Below, in pieces: positions 1 to 10,587 of a stretch of DNA of 64,000 bases. The notes below the pieces were generated by a model that was not told the DNA's origin, did not search any database, and saw nothing but the letters and a program-made list of their open reading frames with translations. The position numbers and the translations under genes were made by a program. This DNA is from an uncultured delta proteobacterium (GTDB lineage: Bacteria; Desulfobacterota; BSN033; UBA1163): positions 532,879 through 596,878 of the forward strand of contig CAVPSJ010000017.1 of assembly GCA_963708295.1 (NCBI GenBank). The letters run 5' to 3'. Every line of letters starts with the position of its first letter. The stretch's first letter is position 1.

Positions 1-2
1 TC

Positions 3-89
3 ACCTCGGAGCCCGGAAAGGGGACCCGGGCTAAGATTGTGCTTCCTATTTTCGAGGCGAATTCAGCCACGATGGAGATGAAAGAATGA
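3..89 (+). CDS. Sensor histidine kinase, C-terminal end (partial, runs off window)
   Basis: Frame from nt 3 reads TSEPGKGTRAKIVLP...*, a typical HATPase G2-box end; the stop overlaps the next start (ATGA). Confidence 0.7.
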   Translation, partial: TSEPGKGTRAKIVLPIFEANSATMEMKE

Positions 90-1504
90 TGGAATCCCTC
101 TATCCTCAACTGCCGGTTTTGATGATCGATGACGAAGTACAGGCCTTGAATAGTTTCGAGATGGTCCTCCGCTCAGCCAGTATGAACCATATCCTCCGTT
201 GCCAAGATAGTCGCAAAGTCATGGAAATTTTTTCGAGTCAAGAGATCGAGGTGATGATGCTTGACCTCTCGATGCCCTACGTATCGGGGGAGGAGTTGCT
301 TTTGTTAGTGACCAAGGACTATCCCGAAGTCCCTGTGATCGTGATCACGGGATCCAACGATGTCGATACGGCTGTCGCCTGTATGAAAACCGGCGCCTTC
401 GATTACATGGTCAAGCCCGTTGAGAAGAGCAGGTTGATTTCCGGTGTGAAACGGGCGATCGAACTTCGTGAATTACAGCGGGAGAACAAATTGCTCAGAG
501 CCCATGTTTTATCCGATAAGCTAGAGCACCCGGAGGCTTTTTCAGAGACGGTGACCAAGAGCCCGGTCATGCGATCCATCTTTCAGTATATTGAGTCGAT
601 CTCGATCAGCCCCCAGCCGATCCTGATCACCGGTGAGACCGGGGTCGGGAAGGAATTGGTTTCCAGAGCCATTCACAAACTCAGCCAGCGTAGAGGAGCC
701 TTTGTCCCGGTCAATGTGGCGGGGTTGGACGACAATGTTTTTGCAGACACTCTTTTCGGGCATAGAAAAGGGGCTTTCACCGGCGCAGATCAGGCACGGA
801 ACGGTTTGGTGGAACAAGCCTCGGGGGGGACACTCTTCCTGGATGAGATCGGAGACCTGAGCCCAATTTCCCAGGTAAAGCTCTTACGCCTTTTACAGGA
901 TGGCGAGTACTTTCCCCTGGGGTCCGATGTCGGAAAGCGCTCAGATGCCCGAGTCGTGGTCGCTACGAATCAGGATATTCAGGCCCTTCAGGAATCCGGA
1001 AAGTTCCGTAAAGATCTTTACTATAGACTCTGTTGCCACCAGATCCACATCCCTCCGCTTCGTGAGCGACGAGAGGATTTGCCCATTCTTCTGGACCACT
1101 TCTTGGAAAAGGCCTCCGAAACGCTGGGCAAGAAGAAACCTACCCCTCCGGGAGAATTATTGACGCTTCTTTCGACCTATGGGTTTCCCGGAAATATCAG
1201 AGAACTCCAATCCATTATTCTGGATGCAGTGAGCAGTCACAAATCGGGGAAACTTTCCATGGAGGGATTCAAATCCTATCTCCGTCAGAAACAACCCGCT
1301 CTGGATATGGATGCAAAACCTCTCGCCGGAGGAGAGAGGCTCATGGTTTCTTTCTCTGAACCGTTGCCTACCCTCAAGCAAACAGAACAGTTGTTGATTT
1401 CCGAAGCAATGAGGCGAGCACGCCGAAACCAGGCGACCGCTGCCCAATTGCTCGGAATCACAAGACAGGCGTTGAATAAACGTTTGAAACAGGGAGACCC
1501 ATGA
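86..1504 (+). CDS. Sigma-54-dependent response regulator (NtrC/AtoC family)
   Basis: Receiver domain (IDDE...MLDLSMP), Walker A GETGVGKE, GAFTGA, LFLDEIGD, Fis-type HTH. Confidence 0.95.
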   Translation: MMESLYPQLPVLMIDDEVQALNSFEMVLRSASMNHILRCQDSRKVMEIFSSQEIEVMMLDLSMPYVSGEELLLLVTKDYPEVPVIVITGSNDVDTAVACMKTGAFDYMVKPVEKSRLISGVKRAIELRELQRENKLLRAHVLSDKLEHPEAFSETVTKSPVMRSIFQYIESISISPQPILITGETGVGKELVSRAIHKLSQRRGAFVPVNVAGLDDNVFADTLFGHRKGAFTGADQARNGLVEQASGGTLFLDEIGDLSPISQVKLLRLLQDGEYFPLGSDVGKRSDARVVVATNQDIQALQESGKFRKDLYYRLCCHQIHIPPLRERREDLPILLDHFLEKASETLGKKKPTPPGELLTLLSTYGFPGNIRELQSIILDAVSSHKSGKLSMEGFKSYLRQKQPALDMDAKPLAGGERLMVSFSEPLPTLKQTEQLLISEAMRRARRNQATAAQLLGITRQALNKRLKQGDP

Positions 1505-1621
1505 AGTTCTTGGCTCGTCGTGAGACAAACTCCCCGACCGAGATAGGTCCTCCTGTCACGAGTGACGGATAGGAAAACCGAGACGAAGGGAGCCTTGAGG
1601 CATCGAGAGAAAAAGACCTGA

Positions 1622-3529
1622 TTAACTCCGGAGGGCGTCTTTATTGATGTCGATTTTGGTTTTGGACCGGAGCTGACCGAGCCAGTTCTGAAAGGTTTCT
1701 TCCTGTTTCTGGTAGCTCAGTCTTTTTTCAAGAGTTTTCTTCACGGATTGAAATTTGCTCTGATCCGCAGGCTCATGTCCGGATAGGGTGACCACAAAGT
1801 ACCCGTCTTTTGTCCGGATCACTTCTTTGGGCACCGGGTTTTTCTCGGTGAGAGACGCGAGTATTCCCATAAACTCTCTAGCAGGGCCGATCTTGGGAAC
1901 GACCCCTGCCGTTCGGGTGAAAAAGCCGGTCTCTACCAGAGGATAACCCTTTTCTCTCGCTCCCTCTCTCATATTCTTGCCTGTCCGGATCTGATTCAGG
2001 AATTCTTCAGCGACCTGACGGGCTTGCGCCTCACCCTTGATTTCGATGACCTTTCTTTTCACTTCCTCTTTCACCTCGTCCAGAGGGGGAACCCGGGAGT
2101 CCTTCTTGTTTACCTGCTTCAGGACATAGTAATTGGGGGGGATGTCCACGACGGGGGAGATCTCCCCTACCTTTAAAGAGAAAGCACTGGAATAGAAGAG
2201 AGGATTCTTTCCAAAATCCGGGATCTCGTCGCCTTCCTTGAAAAGGCCGGTGGTCTTGATGGGAACACCCTTTTCTCTCGCATACCCCTCCAGATCGCGG
2301 CTACGGAAAAGGGAGTAGAAAGCATCGTCCGCTTTTCGGGAGGCTTCTGCCTTGGTTTTCTCTTTTTTTAAGGCTTCAAGGATCTGGGTTCTTACCTCTT
2401 CGAAAGATTTTTGTTTCTCCTCCTTAACCTCCTCTATTTTAAAAATAAGAAAACCCTCTTTCCCGGATAACACTCCGCTTAAATCGCCCGCCTTCATCGA
2501 AAAGAGAATCGACTCCATCGGTTCACCCAACATTCCCTTTTGAACCCATCCCAGATCGCCTCCTTTCGAGGCATTTTGTCCTTCGGAATACTGCTTTGCC
2601 AGGGAGCCAAAATCTTTTGTCTTTTTAGCCTTCTCCAGGATCTCCTCGGCCTTCTTCTTTTTCGCCTCCAATTGATCCGGTGACTCTTGAGTCCCTGTTT
2701 TGACGAGGATATTCCTCACCCTGATCTGCTTGGGTATTTTAAAAGTATTCTTTCGTTGATCGTAATACCGTTTGACTTCATCCGGGGAAACCCGGATTTC
2801 ACTCTCGAAATCAGAAGGTCGGAAGAAAAGGTATTGAATCTGGACAAAAGCGGGGATTCTGAATTCCTCTCGATGCTTCTCATAGTAGTCTTTCATCTCA
2901 ATGTCGTTTGCGTTGACTTGACTCTTGAAAGAGTCGGGGGCGATCTTCAGGAAGGTGAGGTTGATCCGTTCATTCTCAAAGAGATAGGTGTCCAGTACTT
3001 CATCATCGGAGACCTTCCCTTCGTTCGTCTTGATCAGGCTGACCGCTTTTGAAATCAGAAGATTTTCTCTTTGGCTTTGCTCAAATTCGTCAGGGGTCAT
3101 TCGGTTTACACGAAGGAACCTTTCATAGTTCCTTCTGTCAAATTGACCATTGATCTGAAAAGCCGGGATCGATTCAATGCCCGCCCTCAGTTCGTCATCA
3201 GGAATACTGAACCCAAGCCTTTTTGCCTCTTGCAAGATGAGGATCTTGTCGATAAGGCCATCCAAAATTTTGTCTTTCAGACCGAGTTCTTCGATCATCT
3301 TCTCCGAAAAGGACGGGCCCAAAGCATCTCGATATTGCTTGACGGCGTTCTGAAAGGCGTCATTATACTCTCTCCAATCAATCGTGGTGTCATTCACCTT
3401 AGCGACATAGGTCATTTTTTTCTCGCGGAAAAAAGAGTATCCCCCCCACGAGATGAAAGTGACGGCCACCAATATCAGTATCCCCTTGAGCATCCACGAA
3501 GATGCATGTTCCCTCAATACTCTTAGCAT
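1622..3529 (-). CDS. ppiD: Peptidyl-prolyl cis-trans isomerase D (SurA-N + parvulin)
   Basis: N-terminal anchor, VAKVN...I SurA-N region, rotamase motif LAKQYSEG..ASKGGDLGWV; 635 aa. Confidence 0.85.
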   Translation of the reverse strand: MLRVLREHASSWMLKGILILVAVTFISWGGYSFFREKKMTYVAKVNDTTIDWREYNDAFQNAVKQYRDALGPSFSEKMIEELGLKDKILDGLIDKILILQEAKRLGFSIPDDELRAGIESIPAFQINGQFDRRNYERFLRVNRMTPDEFEQSQRENLLISKAVSLIKTNEGKVSDDEVLDTYLFENERINLTFLKIAPDSFKSQVNANDIEMKDYYEKHREEFRIPAFVQIQYLFFRPSDFESEIRVSPDEVKRYYDQRKNTFKIPKQIRVRNILVKTGTQESPDQLEAKKKKAEEILEKAKKTKDFGSLAKQYSEGQNASKGGDLGWVQKGMLGEPMESILFSMKAGDLSGVLSGKEGFLIFKIEEVKEEKQKSFEEVRTQILEALKKEKTKAEASRKADDAFYSLFRSRDLEGYAREKGVPIKTTGLFKEGDEIPDFGKNPLFYSSAFSLKVGEISPVVDIPPNYYVLKQVNKKDSRVPPLDEVKEEVKRKVIEIKGEAQARQVAEEFLNQIRTGKNMREGAREKGYPLVETGFFTRTAGVVPKIGPAREFMGILASLTEKNPVPKEVIRTKDGYFVVTLSGHEPADQSKFQSVKKTLEKRLSYQKQEETFQNWLGQLRSKTKIDINKDALRS

Positions 3530-3766
3530 GGGTTCTCTCTCCTTTAAAGCTCAACATTAATCTATCCTTTCCGAAAACTCAAGGGGTTATCCGCCATTCC
3601 CGACCTAAGTTTTTCCCTCTATGTACAGAATAGTTATCGACACAGAGGGGCGAGCTTGAAGCTTGCCCCATGAGGGCGGCGCTCCAGCTGCAGGGCAATG
3701 TCAAGACGGGCATTGATCCGGGTTAGCCTCAACGCAGGACTTATGAAGCCTCGGAGGGGATTTAGG

Positions 3767-3795
3767 AAGCCCCGCCCTGTGGGCGGAGAGCTTCA
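3767..3795. repeat. GC-rich hairpin resembling IS200/IS605 ends or REP elements
   Basis: gaagc-cccgccc-tgt-gggcgg-agagcttca palindrome. Confidence 0.45.
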
Positions 3796-3875
3796 AAAGA
3801 ATCCTCTTGATTCTTTATGATTTTTGAGTAAAGAATTCATCATAAGACAGGCCAATTGCCTCTCGGGGGGAGCCC

Positions 3876-5105
3876 ATGTTTGAATTTCTATTAACCAGGG
3901 AAGAAAAGGAGTTGCAGGAAGAGGTCAGAAGGTTCGTCAGGGAAGAGGTGCCGAGTTCACTCATCCGGGCCATGGACGCCGATCAGGTGAAATATCCGAA
4001 GGAGTACATGAAAAGCCTGTCCGCGCGGAATCTCCTCGGACTTCGTTTCTCCAAAGAATGGGGAGGCAGGGGAATGAAGTGGACGGGGGAGGTGGCGGCG
4101 ATTGAGGAAATTGGCGTCCTCGGATCGGGAATGAGCTGCCTCTACTCTCTGGTGAGCATCTGCGGCGAGGCGATCCATCATTTTGGGACTCCGGAGCTGA
4201 AGGGAAAGTATTTGAAGCCCACCCTGGAAGGGAAACTCTGCTGTGCCGAAGCGCTCACCGAACCCCGGGGAGGGTCGGATTTTTTCGGCGCGACCACCCT
4301 TGCCAGGAAGGATGGAGAGGATTATATCCTCAACGGCCAGAAGCGTTTTGTGGTGGGTGCGGAAGGGGCGGATTATTTTCTCGTTTACGCAAAAACGGCG
4401 AGTGAGGCTGAGCCGCATCGGTCCATTTCCTGTTTTATCGTGGAGAGGGATGCCAGCGTGGAAGTGAAGCACGTCTATGGACTTCTGGGGTCGCGGGGAG
4501 GAGGGACAGGCCGCCTCTATTTTCACGACACGCGGGTGCCAGCCAAAAATCTTGTGGGCCCGCTTCACGGAGGCGTTCTGGTCTTCAACCGGATGATGAT
4601 TCCCGAGCGGCTGACCACTGCGGCCGGAGCACTCGGCATGGCCCGGTGTTGTCTGGAGGTCGCTACCCGGTATACCGACCGGAGGAAAGCCTTCGGAGAG
4701 ACGATTCGGAAATTTGAAGCGGTCAGTTTCAAGGTGGCCGATTCCATCGCTAAACTGGATGCCGCCCGGAGCCTGGTCTATGTGACGGCAAAGCACGTGG
4801 ACGAAGGACTCGATTCGAGACGGATGGTGTCCGAAGCAAAGAAGACCGCTACAGAGATGCTTTGGGAAGTCGTCAACCATTCGATGCAGGTCATGGGGGG
4901 AATCGGATACACGAATATCTACCCGATCGAGCGCTTCTTCCGAGATGCCAGGCTTCAGATGATCTGGACCGGAACGAATGAAATCATGAATCTCCTCATC
5001 CAGCATGAATTCTACAAAGAGACATTGAACAGGGAGAGTGGCGTAAGGGACGTCGAAAGAGATGCCATGGACCTCGAAGGAGAAGAAGAGAAGGTCTATG
5101 AATGA
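3876..5105 (+). CDS. Acyl-CoA dehydrogenase family protein
   Basis: [40 protein letters not shown] motifs. Confidence 0.93.
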   Translation: MFEFLLTREEKELQEEVRRFVREEVPSSLIRAMDADQVKYPKEYMKSLSARNLLGLRFSKEWGGRGMKWTGEVAAIEEIGVLGSGMSCLYSLVSICGEAIHHFGTPELKGKYLKPTLEGKLCCAEALTEPRGGSDFFGATTLARKDGEDYILNGQKRFVVGAEGADYFLVYAKTASEAEPHRSISCFIVERDASVEVKHVYGLLGSRGGGTGRLYFHDTRVPAKNLVGPLHGGVLVFNRMMIPERLTTAAGALGMARCCLEVATRYTDRRKAFGETIRKFEAVSFKVADSIAKLDAARSLVYVTAKHVDEGLDSRRMVSEAKKTATEMLWEVVNHSMQVMGGIGYTNIYPIERFFRDARLQMIWTGTNEIMNLLIQHEFYKETLNRESGVRDVERDAMDLEGEEEKVYE

Positions 5106-5207
5106 ACACGCCAAATTTCAATAGCTCCATTATCTCCCTCTCCCTTTGTGGGAGAGGGCGGGGGTGAGGGGAAACATACAATATCCACCCCCACCTCAAT
5201 CCTCCCC

Positions 5208-5449
5208 GTATAGACCGGGGACATAGTAAATGGGTGTTCGGCACATGGGTAATAGTTGTTTTATATCTCTTAGTCAATGTTGGATGTCGTTTACCTCCCC
5301 TTAGGTTAAGGGGAGGTGTGGAGGGGTTACGATCAGCGACGATTCGGGACTTAATAACTCCCCCCAACCCCCTCTTACTCTAAGAGGGGATACCAACGAT
5401 TGCGTCCATCAGCCCCTTGTCCTGTATCCTGTTACCTATGTCTTTGCAC
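5208..5449. mobile_element. Non-autonomous MITE with IS481-like ends, copy 1 (right end truncated), inserted in a REP-like hairpin
   Basis: Starts gtatagaccggggacatag, ends ctgttacctatgtct; internal ~190 bp nearly identical to 7447-7643. Confidence 0.65.
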
Positions 5450-5614
5450 TTCCCCTTGACGGGGGAGGATAACCCTGATTAATTTTTATTGTTTGTGCGT
5501 GATGTATTCGTCATGTAAAATTTGATTGAGTTTGGAATTCAGTTATTTAGATTTTACTGACGATGTTGAGATCGACACAACATCCTGTCTTAAGAGCAAT
5601 GTGCCTAATATGAT

Positions 5615-6838
5615 ATGACGACGAACGATCGTATTTGCATCACCGGAATGGGGGTTGTCTCTCCGATTGGGATTGGAAAGGAAGAATTCCTTCTCTCGTT
5701 GAAGGAGGGTCGCTCCGGCATTGAGGAGATTAGAGAATTCGATACCCATTTCTCCCGTTCCAAAAAGGGAGGGGTGATCCGTTCTTTTCATCCCAAAGAT
5801 TTCATACCCGCGAGCAAGATCCGGCGCCTGGATCGGGCCAGCCAGTTTGCCATCGCAGCCTCCAAACTGGCGTTAGCCGACGCAAAGTTTTCTGTGACTC
5901 GGGAAAACAGCTCCAGGGTCGGGGTGGTCCTCGGCTCCGGTTTCTGTGGCCTGTCGAGTGCAGAAGAATTCCATCGTGGGCAGGTTCTCAAAGGATTTCT
6001 TGATTTAAACCCCATCCTCTTTCCCAATACGGTTCCCAACGCCCCTTCCAGTTATGTCTCCATCGAGCTTGGGATCCAGGGGGTCAATTCCACATTGGTT
6101 CAATCCTTCTGTACGGCGGAGGCCGCTATTATTTTTGCGTGCGATCAATTGCGAAAACGAAGGGCGGACCTCATTCTCACGGGTGGAGTCGATGAGTTGA
6201 GTGAGTTTTTGTTTCGGGGATTTTCGGAGCTTCACCTCCTGGCCGCAGATCGGGGATACGGAGAGAGGTCGTGCCCTTATGACAAGATGAGAAATGGTCT
6301 GGTATTGGGAGAAGGCGCGGGATTGTTGGTCTTGGAGAGGGAGGAGCAGGTCCGGTCGAGGGGGGGAGGGATTTATGGTTATGTCCTGGGTTATAGTTTT
6401 GTGGGGAAATCGCCGAAGGGTGACCCGTCTGAGGATCTGGGGCGTTCAATCAAAATGACACTCGAAGGAAGGGAAAAGGGTTTTGTCGATTATCTGAGCG
6501 GGGCTGGCAATTCATCGAAAGGATTGGACGCCCTGGAGGCCAAAGGGGTTAAAAAGGCATTTCAAACGCGGCCTCTCCGAATTCCCGTCAGCTCGATCAA
6601 GTCGATGACCGGAGAAGCCATTGCCTCCGGGGGAATTCGAATGGTGGCCAATGTTCTTTCCATGGAAAACGGCGTCATTCCGCCGACCATCAATTATCTG
6701 AACCCGGATCCAGCCTGTGATCTGCGCTATATCATCAATGAAAGACTGGACCGGGAGATTAAAACCGTTCTCCATCTGGGGATTTCACCGGAGAATTGTT
6801 TTTCCTCTCTCCTGATAGGTGTCGAATGGAATGGATAG
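5615..6838 (+). CDS. Beta-ketoacyl synthase homologue lacking the catalytic triad (chain-length-factor-like subunit)
   Basis: FabF fold (ITGMGVVSPIG, LGEGAG, PVSSIKS, IPPTIN), but TAC is QSFC, NAHGT is SGAGN and GH is GE. Confidence 0.85.
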   Translation: MTTNDRICITGMGVVSPIGIGKEEFLLSLKEGRSGIEEIREFDTHFSRSKKGGVIRSFHPKDFIPASKIRRLDRASQFAIAASKLALADAKFSVTRENSSRVGVVLGSGFCGLSSAEEFHRGQVLKGFLDLNPILFPNTVPNAPSSYVSIELGIQGVNSTLVQSFCTAEAAIIFACDQLRKRRADLILTGGVDELSEFLFRGFSELHLLAADRGYGERSCPYDKMRNGLVLGEGAGLLVLEREEQVRSRGGGIYGYVLGYSFVGKSPKGDPSEDLGRSIKMTLEGREKGFVDYLSGAGNSSKGLDALEAKGVKKAFQTRPLRIPVSSIKSMTGEAIASGGIRMVANVLSMENGVIPPTINYLNPDPACDLRYIINERLDREIKTVLHLGISPENCFSSLLIGVEWNG

Positions 6839-7305
6839 CCGGCCATTGGAAACTCATCCTCCTCTTCACTGCCATCCACTTCTCCCTGGGGCGATCTTTC
6901 TCTGTGCTTTTTGCCATCATCAACGAGATGCCTGCCTTCCTCTACTTTCCCTTGGCTCTGGTTTATGACTACGTTCAAATCCCGGTCTACGGAGCGATCC
7001 TGGAACATTCGAGCAAGAATTTCTTCCCCGTGCGATGGTTAAAAAATAAGACAGATCATTTCCTGAGCCATTTGAATGAAAGGCCTATTCTAAAAAGGGT
7101 CATGTCCTTGGGGAATGTCGGGTTGATTCTGCTCTCTGCTCTCCCGATTCGAGGCTTTGGAATTCTCTCAGCGAGCATCGTCAGTTTCTTTCTCAAAAAA
7201 GGAAGGGTGGAGGGGACCCTTCTCCTGATGGCGGGCTCCTTCATCGGTATTTTTATCATCATGGGAATTGCAAACGGAATCCTTAGAATCCTTTCTTTCT
7301 TTTGA
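6826..7305 (+). CDS. Small membrane protein (small multidrug-export-like)
   Basis: Overlaps the KS stop; about 4 hydrophobic segments; GLILLSALPIRGFGILSASIVSFFL resembles the Sm_multidrug_ex/VTT signature. Confidence 0.6.
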   Translation: MEWIAGHWKLILLFTAIHFSLGRSFSVLFAIINEMPAFLYFPLALVYDYVQIPVYGAILEHSSKNFFPVRWLKNKTDHFLSHLNERPILKRVMSLGNVGLILLSALPIRGFGILSASIVSFFLKKGRVEGTLLLMAGSFIGIFIIMGIANGILRILSFF

Positions 7306-7431
7306 GAGAGGGGGGAGAAATCGCCTCTTTAGCTGAACCCACCCCTACCCTTTCCATATCCCTGAAGGGGAGGGGTCGCGTTATACTATTCCTCCGAAGA
7401 AATTGACATTCTCCTCCCCTTCAAAAAGGAG

Positions 7432-7678
7432 TGTATAGACTGGGGGCATGGGTAATAGTTGTTTAATATCTTATAGTTAGTAAATGTTTGAGATGTTTTA
7501 CCTCCCCTTAAGTTAAGGGGAGGTGCGGAGGGGTTACGATCAGCGCCAATTCGGAACTGAATAACTCCCCCATCCCCCTCTTACTCTAAGAGGGGAATAC
7601 CAACGATTGCGTCCAGCAGCCTCTTGTCCTGTTACTTATGTCTGCGAACATCTGTTACCTATCTCACCGATCTATTCA
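7432..7678. mobile_element. Non-autonomous MITE with IS481-like ends, copy 2
   Basis: Imperfect 27-bp terminal IR (TGTATAGACTGGGGGCATGGGTAATAG / CTGTTACCTATCTCACCGATCTATTCA), TG..CA ends, repeated subterminal ctgttac.tat motif. Confidence 0.7.
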
Positions 7679-7823
7679 AGGGGGAGGTTAGGAGGGGGAT
7701 GGGTCTCAAGACACCCAATCGCCTTTTGGATTTTTTTTGTGCAACGAGTGGGTTAAGATAAAGATTTGGAAGGGGAGAGAGGAATAAAATGGCTGCGTTG
7801 AGCTCAGCAACAAAAATGATACG

Positions 7824-9191
7824 ATGACACAACAACCCGATACCCGTAAAAAGAAAGCTCTGCTGATCTTTCCCAGGGAGAAAGGAATCAAGTTTTCTAA
7901 TGATACGCTCTACCCTTTTCCGATATTAGGCCTCACCCTCCTGGCCGCTCTTTTTCCGAAAACCTATGAGGTCAAGATCATCAACGAAGTGGTTGAAGAG
8001 GTCGATTTCGATGCCGAGGTGGATTTCGTGGGGATCACCGGCCTGACTTGTGTGATCAAGAGGGCCTACGCGATCGCCGACCGGTTTCGTGAAAGGGGCA
8101 TCAAGGTAGTTTTGGGAGGCATTCATCCCAGCCTTTTGCCCGAAGAGGCCAAAGAACATGCTGACTCGGTCTTCATCGGCGAGGCGGAGGGAATGTTCGA
8201 AGAAGTCCTCCGGGACTTTGAGGCCGGGGAACTCAAGCCTTATTATAAAAATCGAGAGTGGCCAGATTTGAAGCAAATGCCCCATCCGAGAAGGGACCTC
8301 TTGAATAAACGTTACCGGCCGTTTTTCAAGGTGATCGAGACGACTCGCGGTTGTCCCAACCGGTGCGAATTTTGCTCTGTTCCGATCATCAGCGGAAAGC
8401 GTTATCGGCTCCGTCCCCTTGAAGAGATCGATCGGGAGCTGTCCCTGATCATCAAGAAGAAAGGGGAATATCTCATGGTCGCCGATGATAACGTGACCGC
8501 TAAAGAGGATTATGCCTTTGGGCTTTTCGACCTCTTCAAGCATTACGGAGTGAAGTGGATGGGGTTCACGACCATCAAGATTGCCCTGAATGAAAAGCTT
8601 CTCAAAAAGGCTCAAGAGAGCGGCTGCATCTCACTCTTCATCGGCTTTGAGTCGCTCCTCCAGGAGAATCTGAACGGCGTCTCGAAACGATTTGTCGATG
8701 CAAAAGAGTTGTCGAAATGGATCAAAACGATTCAAGGCCGTCAGATTGGTATTCAAGGCGCCTTCATCTTCGGGTTCGATGAAGATGACTCCACGATCTT
8801 CAAAAGGACGGTGGACTTCGTCCAAAAAAACAATATCGAACTCCCTACTTTTTCCATTCTCACGCCCTTTCCGGGAACCCCTCTTCAAAAGAGGCTGGAA
8901 GAGGAAAGGAGAATCTTTGACCGTGACTGGTCGCATTATGACATGAGTCATGTGGTCTTCAAGCCAAAAAAGGTGACGGTCCAGGAACTCCAGGAGGGAT
9001 ACCTCTGGGCCCAGAAATATATCTGTGCCCCTCGATCCATCTTGAAACGGCTGCTCTGGGGGCCCAGGAATCACTTCTTTCACTTCTTGATGTCAAACTT
9101 TATTCTGCGCGGGGCCCAGATGGAAGTGATTCGCAGGATCAAAGAGAAAGAACTCCCGTATGAGAATTCTGCTGATCTCCGTCAATCGTGA
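7824..9191 (+). CDS. B12-binding domain radical SAM protein
   Basis: N-terminal cobalamin-binding region (VGITG...VVLGGIHPS), ETTRGCPNRCEFC (CxxxCxxC), DDN, LFIGFES, ILTPFPGT. Confidence 0.93.
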   Translation: MTQQPDTRKKKALLIFPREKGIKFSNDTLYPFPILGLTLLAALFPKTYEVKIINEVVEEVDFDAEVDFVGITGLTCVIKRAYAIADRFRERGIKVVLGGIHPSLLPEEAKEHADSVFIGEAEGMFEEVLRDFEAGELKPYYKNREWPDLKQMPHPRRDLLNKRYRPFFKVIETTRGCPNRCEFCSVPIISGKRYRLRPLEEIDRELSLIIKKKGEYLMVADDNVTAKEDYAFGLFDLFKHYGVKWMGFTTIKIALNEKLLKKAQESGCISLFIGFESLLQENLNGVSKRFVDAKELSKWIKTIQGRQIGIQGAFIFGFDEDDSTIFKRTVDFVQKNNIELPTFSILTPFPGTPLQKRLEEERRIFDRDWSHYDMSHVVFKPKKVTVQELQEGYLWAQKYICAPRSILKRLLWGPRNHFFHFLMSNFILRGAQMEVIRRIKEKELPYENSADLRQS

Positions 9192-10560
9192 GAGGATGCC
9201 TTTTCCTGTCTTCCCCCTGGGACTGGCTTACATCGCCAAGGTATTGAGGGAAGAGGGCCATCCGATGGACGTCATGGATCTCTGTTTTTCTCAAAACGTA
9301 TCGGTCGATCTCAAGAACACCCTTCATCGCTTCCAGCCCGGCCTGATCGGCATCTCTCTAAGAAATCTGGATAATCTCACTTATCCAACCTCTGTCTCTT
9401 ATCTTAAAGAGGTGGAGGAGGTCATCGGGATTTGCCGCCAACAGGGTTCATCGCGATTGGTCATCGGGGGATCGGGGTTTTCCTTAGCCCCCCAAGAGCT
9501 CCTCCGGCATTTGGATGTCGATTTTGGGATTGTGGGAGAAGGCGAGGAGGTTTTCGTGCAATTCGTAAGGAGTCTCGAAAAGGGTGAACCCATCTCTCCC
9601 TCTCCTTATCTCCTCGTTAAGGGGAGCCCTTTTCCGCCTTTGATCGAAGGGGCTCGGGTCTTTCCCGTCCGAAGTCCTGATCGGAGCTTTTTCGAAACGC
9701 GTCGCTATTTGGAAGAAGGAGGGATGGGGAATATTCAAACGAAGCGGGGATGTCCCTTCTCCTGTATCTACTGTACCTATCCTTTGTTGGAAGGGAAGAA
9801 GGTCAGGCTGAGAAAGATGGAAGAAGTGGTGGACGAGATCCAGCGCCTCGTGGAAGAGGAAGTGGATTACATCTACTTCGTCGACGATATCTTCAACTAC
9901 CCGCCCTCCTTTGCGGAAGCGCTCTGTCGTGAGATGGTTCGAAGAAAGGTCGATGTCAAATGGAGCGCTTTCGTCAACCCGGCTTTTCTTAATGAAACGT
10001 TGCTGCAATGGATGAAAGAAGCCGGGTGCGATGGAATAGAATTTGGAACCGATTCAGGATCTCCGCGGATGATTGAGAATTACAGGAAATCATTCACCCG
10101 GGAAGACATCCTCCGTTCCTCAAGACTCTGTTCAACCTTACAGATCAATCACTGCCACTATCTTCTCTTCGGGGGACCGGGAGAAGACGAAGAGACGATT
10201 GAAGAATCCTTTCAGCTCATGGATCAGCTTGATCCTACGGCGGTGATCGCCATGTTGGGTGTTCGGATCTATCCGGGGACAGAATTGGAGAAGCTCTCCA
10301 TTTCCCAGGGGGTCATCCGCCAGAATTCTCCTTTGATGTATCCCCATTTTTATATCTCTCCAAATTTGGGAGAGAGATTGGGTGAGATTGTCCAGGAGAA
10401 AGCGCTTGTCAGGAAGCGTTGGATCGTTCCCGGGCTGGAGATCAACATCACGAAAAATCTGATAGAACAGATACGAAAATTCCGAATTCGAGGACCCTTA
10501 TGGGAGCTGGTAGGAAGGATGAAGAGATCAAGAGTCAGACCCCTCGGGGAATCAAAGTGA
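9160..10560 (+). CDS. Lipid-biosynthesis-type B12-binding radical SAM protein (TIGR04072-like)
   Basis: N-terminus MRILLISVN...PFPVFPLGLAYI and ISLRNLDN recall the ladderane-cluster B12/rSAM family; QTKRGCPFSCIYC. Confidence 0.85.
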   Translation: MRILLISVNRERMPFPVFPLGLAYIAKVLREEGHPMDVMDLCFSQNVSVDLKNTLHRFQPGLIGISLRNLDNLTYPTSVSYLKEVEEVIGICRQQGSSRLVIGGSGFSLAPQELLRHLDVDFGIVGEGEEVFVQFVRSLEKGEPISPSPYLLVKGSPFPPLIEGARVFPVRSPDRSFFETRRYLEEGGMGNIQTKRGCPFSCIYCTYPLLEGKKVRLRKMEEVVDEIQRLVEEEVDYIYFVDDIFNYPPSFAEALCREMVRRKVDVKWSAFVNPAFLNETLLQWMKEAGCDGIEFGTDSGSPRMIENYRKSFTREDILRSSRLCSTLQINHCHYLLFGGPGEDEETIEESFQLMDQLDPTAVIAMLGVRIYPGTELEKLSISQGVIRQNSPLMYPHFYISPNLGERLGEIVQEKALVRKRWIVPGLEINITKNLIEQIRKFRIRGPLWELVGRMKRSRVRPLGESK

Positions 10561-10587
10561 CCCCTTTGGTTGTGCTTCAATTTGGGA

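Noticed and set aside
7700-7823. Cobalamin riboswitch upstream of the B12-rSAM genes
   Set aside because: No B12-box consensus is visible; the upstream structure is explained by MITE/REP repeats.
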